NCBI GenBank assembly: GCA_963745035.1
Contig: CAVUVW010000024.1
Coordinates: forward strand, 1 to 64,000
Length of the DNA stretch: 64,000 nt
From: an uncultured delta proteobacterium
GTDB taxonomy: Bacteria; Desulfobacterota; Binatia; UBA9968
Direction: 5' to 3'
Shown here: positions 47,775 through 56,389 of the stretch, in pieces
Layout: every line of letters starts with the position of its first letter
Position numbering within the stretch: the stretch's first letter is position 1
Made by a program: the position numbers and the translations under genes
Notes under the pieces: model-generated
Told to the model about the DNA's origin: nothing
Database searches by the model: none
Seen by the model: only the letters and a program-made list of their open reading frames with translations

Positions 47775-48879
47775 GTGAAGCGATGCCCGCGCCGCGCGCT
47801 CCTCTCCCCGTTCAATCGTTCAAAAGTTCAACCGTTCAAAGTTCTCGGACTCTTGATTTTCTCCGTCGTTGAACTGTTGAACCCTTTGAACGTTGAACCT
47901 TCGTTGGCCCAAGCCAATTTCTACCAAGGCAAGACTCTCACCATCATCGTCGGCACCAAGGCGGGCGACGTCTACGATCTCTATCCGCGCCTGCTTGCCG
48001 AGTTCATGCCCAAGTACATTCCCGGAAATCCGAATATCATCATTCAAAACGTGCCCGGCGCGGCGTCGCTGATCGCGGCGAATCAAGTTTACAACGTTGC
48101 GAAACCCGACGGGCTCACCTTGGCCGCGATCTACCCTTCTCTTTATTTCGATCAACTCGTCAAAAAGCCGGAAGCGAAGTTCGATTGGAGCAAATTTGGC
48201 TGGATCGGCAGTCCGGTCGGTTCCAATCACATGATGTACATGCGCACCGACACGCCGTACAAGACCGTCGAGGACGTGCGCGCCGCCGCTCGCCCGCCGA
48301 AATGCGGCACCAGCGGAGTGACATCGACCGGCTATTACATTCCCAAGCTGCTCGAAGAAGCGATCGGCGCCAAATTCGAGATCGTCACCGGCTACCAGGC
48401 GGGTCAGGATGTCGATCTCGCCGTCGAGCGCGGCGAAGTCGTCTGCCGCTCGTTCACGATCACGGCGTTTCATGCTCGCGAACCGTACTTCACCTGGCGC
48501 AAGAACAACTTCGTTCGCGTGCTCTATCAAACCGGCAAGAAGCGCGACTCGCGCCTTAAAGACGTGCCGACCATGCACGAGCTGATGGACAAGTACAAAA
48601 CGCCGGAGAACGTGAAGCAGCTTGCCAAAGTCATTCTCATCGCCAGCGACCTCGGCCGACCGATCGTCGCGCCGCCGTCGGTGCCGGCGGATCGATCTGA
48701 AAATTCTGCGCGACGCCTTCAATAAGACCGTCAGCGATCCGCAATTTTTATCCGAAGCGGAGCGGCGCAGGCTCGAGATCGATCCGTCCACGGCCGAAGA
48801 AATCGACGCCCTGGCGAAAGAAGCGATGGTCACGCCGCCGGAAGTCGTCGAGCGCATGAAGAAAGTTCTCGGCATGTAA
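47775..48879 (+). CDS. tctC: TctC-family binding protein 9 (frameshift near 48695; hairpin leader)
   Basis: GTKAGDVYD; GGAGG RBS before GTG. Confidence 0.85.
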
Positions 48880-48899
48880 CAGCAAGCGAGGGATCGCAA

Positions 48900-49984
48900 A
48901 TGACGAAACTCGTTCAAAAGTTCAAAGGTTCAAGCGTTCAAGGTTCTCGGACTCTTGATTTTCTCTGTCGTTGAACTGTTGAACCCTTTGAACGTTGAAC
49001 AGGCATTCAGCGCAGGCGAACTTCTACCAAGGCAAAACCCTCACGATGGTCGTCGCTTCGACCACCGGCGGCGGCTACGATCTCTGGGCGCGGCTCACGG
49101 CGCGTCATATCGTCAAGTATATCCCGGGAAACCCGTCGATCGTGGTGCAGAACATGCCCGGCGCCGGCAACATCATCGGCGCCAACTACGTGTACGGCGT
49201 CGCCAAACCCGACGGCTTGACCCTCGGCGCCGTCAATCCCGCGCTTTATTTCGACCAGCTCGTGGGCAGATCCGAAGTGAAATTCGACTGGGCGAAATTC
49301 AACTGGATCGGCTCGCCGGAAAAAAACGACGTCGTTTCCTACATGCGCGCCGACCAGCCGCTCAAGACCATCGACGATTGGCGCAACGCAAAGGAGCCGC
49401 CCAAATGCGGCAGCACGGGCACGGGCAGCACCGGCCACTATATTCCGCGCCTTCTGGAAGAAACCCTCGGCGTCAAGACTCAGATCGTGAGCGGCTATCC
49501 AGGCGCCTCGGATATCGAGCTGGCCATCGAGCGCGGCGAGGTCTTTTGCTGGTCGCCGCTACTCGCCACGTACTTTGGCAGGGAGCCTTACCGGCGCTGG
49601 CACAAGTCCGGCTACGTGCGCGTCCTGATGCAAACCGGCGGCAAGCGCGATGGGCGATTGAAGGACACTCCAACACTCAGCGAGCTCATGCAGCAATACA
49701 AAAGTTCCGACGCGGGCCGGCGCCTGGCGAAAGTCATTTTGACTGCAGCGAGCCTTGGCCGGCCCATCGGTACCGCGCCAGCCACACCGCCCGACCGCGT
49801 GAAGATTTTGCGCGAAGCTTATGCCAAGGCCATCGCCGATCCGGAATTACTCGCCGAAGCAGCCAGGCAAGGCTGGGAAGTCGATCCAACCACCGGGGAG
49901 GAACTGCAGGCCTTGTCCAAAGAAGTCATGGCGCAGCCGCGCGAGATCATCGAGCGCATGAAGTGGGTGCTCGGACGGGAATGA
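48900..49984 (+). CDS. tctC: TctC-family binding protein 10 (frameshifts in leader; hairpin leader)
   Basis: ASTTGGGYD, WSPLLATYFGREPY. Confidence 0.85.
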
Positions 49985-49987
49985 CAA

Positions 49988-51058
49988 ATGCGAGGGCCGT
50001 TCAAAAGTTCAACCGTTCAAACGTTCAAGGCTGTCGGAATCGTTTTCATTCTGACCCTTGAACTTTTGAACCTTGAACGGGCATTCGCGCAAGCGAATTT
50101 TTATCAGGGCAAGACCATTTCCATGATCGTCGGCACCAAGGCCGGCGACGCGTATGATCTTTACCCGCGCCTCCTGGCCGAGTTTTTGCCGAAACACATT
50201 CCCGGCAATCCCACCATCATCATTCAGAATGTCCCCGGAGCGGCGTCACTGGTCGCTGCAAATCAGGTCTACAACATTGCCAAGCCGGACGGCTTGACCC
50301 TTGGCGCGATCTACCCTGCGCTTTACTTGGACCAGCTCGTGAAAAGACCGGAGGTCAAATACGACTGGAACAAGTTCGGCTTGATCGGGAGTCCGGTGAG
50401 CTCCAATCACATGATGTACATGCGCGCCGACGCTCCCTACAAAACACTCGATGACGTGCGCTCCGCCGGCCAGCCGCCAAAATGCGGCGCCAGTGGCATC
50501 GCGTCTACAGGATATTACATTCCCAAGCTTCTCGAAGAAGCGATCGGCGCCAAGTTCGACATCGTCGCCGGCTATCAAGGCGGACAGGATATCGAGCTCG
50601 CGGTGGAGCGCGGCGAATTGGTCTGTCGATCGTTCACCATTACCACCTTTCATTCCCGGGAGCCCTTTTTTACCTGGCGCAAGAAAAGCTTCGTGCGCGT
50701 GCTCTACCAAACCGGCAACAAGCGCGATGGGCGCCTCAAAGACGTGCCGACGATCTATGAGATTATGGAGCGCTACAAGACGCCGGAGCCGGTGAAAAAC
50801 CTCGCGAAGGTGGTTCTCATCGCGAGTGACTTGGGACGGCCGATCGTTGCGCCGCCGGGAGTGGCTCCCGAGCGTTTGAAGATATTGCGCGATGCCTTCG
50901 ACAAAACCGTGAGCGACCCGGCTTTCTTGGTCGAGGCCGAGCGGCGCAAGCTCGAGATATCTCCATCGCAATGGGACGAAATACAAACCTTGGTCAAAGA
51001 AGCGCTGGCTACCCCGCCGGAAGTCGTCGAGAGAATGAAAAAGATTTTAGGAATGTAA
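49988..51058 (+). CDS. tctC: TctC-family binding protein 11 (intact; hairpin leader)
   Basis: GTKAGDAYD. Confidence 0.9.
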   Translation: MRGPFKSSTVQTFKAVGIVFILTLELLNLERAFAQANFYQGKTISMIVGTKAGDAYDLYPRLLAEFLPKHIPGNPTIIIQNVPGAASLVAANQVYNIAKPDGLTLGAIYPALYLDQLVKRPEVKYDWNKFGLIGSPVSSNHMMYMRADAPYKTLDDVRSAGQPPKCGASGIASTGYYIPKLLEEAIGAKFDIVAGYQGGQDIELAVERGELVCRSFTITTFHSREPFFTWRKKSFVRVLYQTGNKRDGRLKDVPTIYEIMERYKTPEPVKNLAKVVLIASDLGRPIVAPPGVAPERLKILRDAFDKTVSDPAFLVEAERRKLEISPSQWDEIQTLVKEALATPPEVVERMKKILGM

Positions 51059-51080
51059 ATGGCCGGTGGAGAGGATCAAA

Positions 51081-52163
51081 ATGATGAACTGGTTCAAAAG
51101 TTCAACCGTTCAAACGTTCAACGGATTGAGCGTGCTTCTTTTGTTCGTCGTTGAACTGTTGAACCCTTTGAACGTTGAACGGGCATTCGCGCAAGCGAAC
51201 TTTTATCAAGGCAAGACCGTGCGCATCGTCGTCGGCAACTTGCCCGGCGACACCCACGATCTTTTCGCCCGCGCTTACTCGCGCAGCATGGGCAAGCATA
51301 TTCCCGGCAATCCGGCGATCCTGGTGCAGAACATGCCCGGCGCGGGCGGCATGATCGCCGCCAATCACGTCTACAACGTCGCCAAGCCCGACGGCCTGAC
51401 TTTGGGTTCCCCTTCTCCGGCGCTTTACTATGCGCAGCTCGTCGGCAGCAAGGAAGCCAAATTCGATTGGACCAAGTTCAATTTTATCGGCGCGCCGGAG
51501 CGCAACGGCCATTTGTTGTTCATGCGCTCGGATTCCCCTTACAAGACCCTCGACGACATCCGCAATGCCAAAGAGGCGCCGCGCTGCAGCGCCACCGGCG
51601 TCGGCACCAGCGGCCACGACGTGCCCAAGCTGCTCGAAGAGATGGTCGGTTTGAAGTTCCGCCTGATCACCGGCTACCCCGGCGGCGCCGAGATGGATCT
51701 GGCAATCGAGCGCGGCGAGGCCATATGCCGCGCCATCACCATCGCGGCGTTTTTCGCGCGCGAGCCATTTATCACTTGGCACAAGAACGGCTTCGTCCGC
51801 ATCATGCTGCAAACTTCGCGGCAGAGAAATCCCAGAATTCCGGATGTGCCGACGCTCTTCGAATTAATGGAGCAGTACAAGACACCCGAGATCAAGCGCC
51901 GCCAGATGCTTGTCTATCTGGGTGTCGGCGGCTTCGGTGCCTGGCCGATCCTGGCGACTCCCGGCATCCCCGCGGATCGCGTAAAAATCCTGCGTGAAGC
52001 CTTCGCAAAAACGATGAAGGATCCTGACTTTCTCGGCGAAGCGAAAAAGAGCGGGTGGGAAATCCGACCCACCAGCGGCGAAGACCTCCAGGCCCTTGCT
52101 AAAGAAGTTATCGATCAACCGCCGGAAGTCGTCGAATGGCTAAAAAAATTGTTGGGCAAATAG
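51081..52163 (+). CDS. tctC: TctC-family binding protein 12 (intact; hairpin leader)
   Basis: GNLPGDTHD. Confidence 0.9.
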   Translation: MMNWFKSSTVQTFNGLSVLLLFVVELLNPLNVERAFAQANFYQGKTVRIVVGNLPGDTHDLFARAYSRSMGKHIPGNPAILVQNMPGAGGMIAANHVYNVAKPDGLTLGSPSPALYYAQLVGSKEAKFDWTKFNFIGAPERNGHLLFMRSDSPYKTLDDIRNAKEAPRCSATGVGTSGHDVPKLLEEMVGLKFRLITGYPGGAEMDLAIERGEAICRAITIAAFFAREPFITWHKNGFVRIMLQTSRQRNPRIPDVPTLFELMEQYKTPEIKRRQMLVYLGVGGFGAWPILATPGIPADRVKILREAFAKTMKDPDFLGEAKKSGWEIRPTSGEDLQALAKEVIDQPPEVVEWLKKLLGK

Positions 52164-52183
52164 CTTTGAAGGTGAGGAGGAGC

Positions 52184-53272
52184 ATGATTTCAACGCATTG
52201 GTTCAAACGTTCAACCGTTCAAACGTTCAACGTTCTCGGACTGTTCATTTTCTCCGTCGTTGAACTATTGAACCCTTTGAACCTTGAACAGGCATTCGCG
52301 CAAGCGCCTTTTTACCAAGGCAAGACGATTCGCATCGTCGTCGGCTACCAGCCCGGCGACAGTCACGACTTATGGGCGCGAACCTATATCCGCTTTCTCG
52401 GCAAACATATTCCCGGCAATCCCGATTTCGTCGTGCAAAATATGCCCGGCGCCGGTTCGATGATCGCCGCTAACCACGTGTTCAACTTGACTAAGCCCGA
52501 CGGGCTCACTCTCGGCTCCATCGGTGGAGCGCTCTTCATGGCGCAATTGACGGGGCGCAAGGAAGTTCAATTCGACTGGCCGAAGTATTCCTGGATCATG
52601 ACCCCTGACCGGGGCGGCCATCTTTTGTACATGCGCACGGACGCGCCGTATAAGACTTTCGAAGATCTGCGCCAAACCAACGATCCGCCGAAATGCTCCG
52701 CCACTGGCGTCGGCAGCACCGGCTACGACTTGCCGAAACTGCTCGAGGAGGCGCTCGGCTTCAAGTTTCGCGTCATCAGCGGCTACCCCGGCGGCGCCGA
52801 TCAAGATCTGGCTATGGAACGCGGCGAAGTTCACTGCCGCGCCTTTATCATCGAATCTTTTTTTCAGCGCGAGCCGTTCCCGACCTGGATGAAGAAGAAC
52901 TTTGTGCGCGTCTGGCTCCAGACCGAGCGCAAGCGCCATCCTAAGCTGCCCAACGTGCCGACGATCTTCGAGTTGATGGATCAATACAAAGTCTCCGATT
53001 CGAAGCGGCGCTTGGTTGAAACCTATCTCGGCATCTGGGGATTTGGCTCCCGGCCGATTGTCGCGACGCCCGGCGTGCCGGCAGACCGTCTGCAGATCCT
53101 GCGCGATGCCTTCAACAAAATGTTCAAAGATCCGGAATTTCAAGAAGAGCTGAGAAAACGCAATTGGGAGGTGGAGTTCGTCGCCGGCGAAGAACTTCAA
53201 TCGCTCGCCAAAGATGTCGTCAATCAGCCGCCCGATGTAGCGGCCGGGCTGAAACGCGTTTTGAGCCAGTGA
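52184..53272 (+). CDS. tctC: TctC-family binding protein 13 (intact; hairpin leader)
   Basis: GYQPGDSHD; GAGGAGG RBS. Confidence 0.9.
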   Translation: MISTHWFKRSTVQTFNVLGLFIFSVVELLNPLNLEQAFAQAPFYQGKTIRIVVGYQPGDSHDLWARTYIRFLGKHIPGNPDFVVQNMPGAGSMIAANHVFNLTKPDGLTLGSIGGALFMAQLTGRKEVQFDWPKYSWIMTPDRGGHLLYMRTDAPYKTFEDLRQTNDPPKCSATGVGSTGYDLPKLLEEALGFKFRVISGYPGGADQDLAMERGEVHCRAFIIESFFQREPFPTWMKKNFVRVWLQTERKRHPKLPNVPTIFELMDQYKVSDSKRRLVETYLGIWGFGSRPIVATPGVPADRLQILRDAFNKMFKDPEFQEELRKRNWEVEFVAGEELQSLAKDVVNQPPDVAAGLKRVLSQ

Positions 53273-53379
53273 CTGATTATTGCCTGCGTTCGGGGATTGC
53301 CACGTCTGTGTTGTGAGACACCGCAGCGGCAAGGAAGTCGACAGAGTGTCATGCGAGCGCCGGAAAGCGAGGTCCTTTT

Positions 53380-54486
53380 ATGATGTACCGCTCGGAAATA
53401 CGGCGACTTCTTCTAGTCAAAAGATCCAAGGCTCAAGTGTTCAAGACCCTCTCTTTCGTCGCCCTTCTGACGTTTGAACTATTGAACCCCTTGAATCTTG
53501 AACAGGCGTCTGCACAGACGCCCTTCTATCAAGGCAAAACCATTCGCGTGATCGTCGGCTACCAGCCCGGCGACAACCACGATCAATGGGCGCGCACCTA
53601 CGTGCGCTTCATGGGCAAGTATATTCCCGGCCATCCCGACTTCGTCGTTCAAAACATGCCGGGCGCCGGCTCCATGATCGCGGCCAATCACGTCTACAAC
53701 ATGACCAAGCCGGACGGGCTCACTCTGGGCTCCTTCGGCGGCGCGCTGATCATGGCGCAATTGACCGGGCGCAAAGAAGTGCAATTCGATTGGCCGAAGT
53801 ACTCATGGATCGGCACGCCGTATCGCGCCGGCCATCTGCTGTTCATGCGCAGCGATGCGCCCTACAAATCCATGGACCAACTGCGCCAGGCCAGCGATCC
53901 GCCGCGTTGTTCCGCGACCGGAGTGGGCAGTACCGGCTACGATATCCCGCGTCTCCTCGAAGATGCGTTGGGACTGAAATTCAAAGTGATCAGCGGCTAT
54001 CCCGGCGGCGCCGATCAAGACCTCGCGATGGAACGGGGTGAGGTCCATTGCCGCGCGATTACCATCGACGGATTTTTGGGCCGCGAGCCTTTCATCACCT
54101 GGCTCAAAAAAGGATTCGTGCGCGTCTGGCTGCAAACCGAAAAACAGCGTAATCCAAAGATACCCGAGGTGCCGACGATTTTTGAATTGATGGATCAGTT
54201 CAAGATCCCGGATGCAAAGCGCCGACTGGTGAATACCTATTTGGGTTTGTGGGGCTTTGGCTCGATGCCGATCGTCGCCTCGCCGGGTACGCCGCCCGAT
54301 CGAGTCAAAGTCTTGCGCGAAGCGTATGCGAAGATCTTCACCGATGCCGAGTTCATAGAAGAGACCACCAAAAAAAATTGGGAGCCGAGGCCGGTAAACG
54401 GTGAGGAGTTGGAAGGACTAGCCAAGGAAGTCGTCAACCAGCCGCCCGAAGTCAGCAGCGCACTGAAACGAATTTTGAGTCAGTAG
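53380..54486 (+). CDS. tctC: TctC-family binding protein 14 (intact; degenerate hairpin leader)
   Basis: GYQPGDNHD. Confidence 0.9.
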   Translation: MMYRSEIRRLLLVKRSKAQVFKTLSFVALLTFELLNPLNLEQASAQTPFYQGKTIRVIVGYQPGDNHDQWARTYVRFMGKYIPGHPDFVVQNMPGAGSMIAANHVYNMTKPDGLTLGSFGGALIMAQLTGRKEVQFDWPKYSWIGTPYRAGHLLFMRSDAPYKSMDQLRQASDPPRCSATGVGSTGYDIPRLLEDALGLKFKVISGYPGGADQDLAMERGEVHCRAITIDGFLGREPFITWLKKGFVRVWLQTEKQRNPKIPEVPTIFELMDQFKIPDAKRRLVNTYLGLWGFGSMPIVASPGTPPDRVKVLREAYAKIFTDAEFIEETTKKNWEPRPVNGEELEGLAKEVVNQPPEVSSALKRILSQ

Positions 54487-54658
54487 CCCGCGCGCTGAAA
54501 AAGATTCGGCTGCTCGCCTTGACCATCATAGAGCGCAGGAAGATTCGCGCAAGAAACAAGCCAAAAACTATCACATTTTTCGCAAAAATGAGAGTTGACC
54601 GTCACGCCAATATAAGATATTGAGCATGCTCCGATAATTGTGGGCGTAGGAGATCGTC

Positions 54659-56158
54659 ATGCTTGAGGCATTTATCTCGGGTTTTTGGCAAGTACTGGCA
54701 TGGCCGGCTTTTGGCTACATGCTTCTCGGCATCGCCATTGGTTTTTGGGTTGGTCTTCTGCCCGGCATCGGCGGTTTGGCCACGTTGGCGCTGATGCTGC
54801 CGTTCTCTTACAACATCAAAGACCCGATATCGGCGTTCGCCTTTTTGCTCGGCATGCTTGCCGTAACCAGCACCACCGGCGATTTGAGTTCCATACTCTT
54901 CGGCATCCCCGGCGAGGGGTCCTCAGCCGCATTGATACTTGACGGCTATCCCATGACGAAAAATGGCGAAGCCGGCCGCGCATTGGGCGCCGCGATCACG
55001 GCCTCCGTTGTAGGCGCAATCATCGGCGCTGTATCATTGGCTTTATCGATACCGATTATGCGTCCGCTGGTACTCCTCTTCGGCTCGCCGGAGCTGTTTA
55101 TCATAGCGATCATGGGCATCACGTTTATTGGCACCCTCGCCGGAGCGTCCCTGATCAAGGGTCTTCTGGCAGGCGGCCTCGGCTTGATGTTGGCGGCCAT
55201 CGGCGTCGATCCTCAGACCGGGTCGCTCCGCTATACCTTCGGCTCGCTTTATCTGTGGGACCGTCTGGACCTTATTCCAGTCGTCGTCGGCCTATTCGCC
55301 ATTCCCGAAATCGTTGACTTGTCGGTTCGCGGCACCAGCATCGCGGGCCACAAGCCGGATAAATTAACCGGAGTGATGGAAGGAGTCAAAGACACCTTTC
55401 GCCATTTCTGGCTGGTCGTGCGCTGCAGCTTGATCGGCGTCTACTTCGGCGTGCTTCCGGTGTTGGGCGCCAACGTGGCGCAATGGATCTCCTACGCGCA
55501 CGCGGTGCAAGGCTTGAAAGACAAGTCGCGCGCTGGAAAAGGCGCTATCGAGGGGCTGCTCGGCCCCGGCGCGGCCAACAATTCAACCCGCGGCGGCGAT
55601 TTGATTCCAACCCTCGCCTTCGGTATTCCCGGCAGCGGCGCCATGGCATTGCTGCTCGGCGCGATGTTGATCGTCGGCCTCAACCCCGGACCCGAAATGC
55701 TCAAGTCGCGGCTCGATGTAACGTTTTCCATGGTCTGGGTGTTGATCATCGCCAATCTGATCGTTGCAGCGCTGTGCTTTTTGATTCTGAATCATCTTGC
55801 GGCATTGACGTTTATCCGCGGCACCTTACTGATTCCATTTTTGATGTTTCTGGTCTTCATCGGCTCGTTTACCGCCAACAACGATCTCAACGACATCATC
55901 AGCACGTTGATCTTCGGCTTTATCGGCTTTTGCATGGTCAAGTTCGGTTGGCCGCGCCCGCCCTTGATCCTCGGACTCACCCTCGGCAAGATCGCGGAAA
56001 ATTACCTGTGGATCTCGACCGCCGCCTACGGCGCAAGATGGCTCACGTTTCCTACGGTGGTCGGTCTCATTGCGCTGACCATCTTTACGGTGGCCTACCC
56101 CACGATCAAAGAGCGCATGGGTCGAGCCAAATACGAGCGCCCGGAAGACGCTGTCTAA
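54659..56158 (+). CDS. tctA: TTT large permease subunit
   Basis: GLLPGIG, ILFGIPG, LDGYPM...G.AGRALG, AANN...G..IPTLAFGIPG. Confidence 0.95.
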   Translation: MLEAFISGFWQVLAWPAFGYMLLGIAIGFWVGLLPGIGGLATLALMLPFSYNIKDPISAFAFLLGMLAVTSTTGDLSSILFGIPGEGSSAALILDGYPMTKNGEAGRALGAAITASVVGAIIGAVSLALSIPIMRPLVLLFGSPELFIIAIMGITFIGTLAGASLIKGLLAGGLGLMLAAIGVDPQTGSLRYTFGSLYLWDRLDLIPVVVGLFAIPEIVDLSVRGTSIAGHKPDKLTGVMEGVKDTFRHFWLVVRCSLIGVYFGVLPVLGANVAQWISYAHAVQGLKDKSRAGKGAIEGLLGPGAANNSTRGGDLIPTLAFGIPGSGAMALLLGAMLIVGLNPGPEMLKSRLDVTFSMVWVLIIANLIVAALCFLILNHLAALTFIRGTLLIPFLMFLVFIGSFTANNDLNDIISTLIFGFIGFCMVKFGWPRPPLILGLTLGKIAENYLWISTAAYGARWLTFPTVVGLIALTIFTVAYPTIKERMGRAKYERPEDAV

Positions 56159-56181
56159 CGCGGCGGATGAATCCGCCGCGC

Positions 56182-56310
56182 AGTTTCTGGTTTCTAGTTT
56201 ATCGTTCCTCGTTTTTCGTTTTTTCCGGAGAAGTCTGACGTTTCGGACTGCTCTATCATTTCGACTTCCCATCCCAAAACTCAGATACTAGAAACCCGAA
56301 ACTAGAAACT
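56182..56310. repeat. Inverted heptamer-repeat element (GTTTCTR)n...(YAGAAAC)n
   Basis: agtttctggtttctagtttatcgttcctcgtttttcg ... actagaaacccgaaactagaaact. Confidence 0.75.
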
Positions 56311-56389
56311 ACCCCGCCCCGTTGACAGCCTCACCGTTTCGGTGGGATAAGAATTTAAACTGACGACTCTGAGGAAGGAGATCCGGTTT

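Noticed and set aside
38848-49020. Frequent frameshifts in tctC genes as programmed frameshifting, phase variation or pseudogenisation
   Set aside because: The 1-bp indels fall at unrelated positions, without shared slippery sites, and also hit unrelated genes across the window. This fits long-read consensus error; raw reads are needed to settle it.
46658-53503. GTTCAA/TTGAAC repeats as a CRISPR array or integron attC sites
   Set aside because: Copies are ~1.1 kb apart and lie inside coding 5' ends. There are no 30-40 nt spacers, cas genes or intI, and attC sites lie downstream of cassette ORFs.
38201-56158. Diversity-generating retroelement or invertase shufflon acting on the tctC array
   Set aside because: No reverse transcriptase, template/variable repeat pair or adjacent recombinase is visible, and all genes are co-oriented.
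56322-56355. Sigma70 promoter TTGACA with a palindromic spacer before the deacylase gene
   Set aside because: No convincing -10 element at 16-18 bp spacing.
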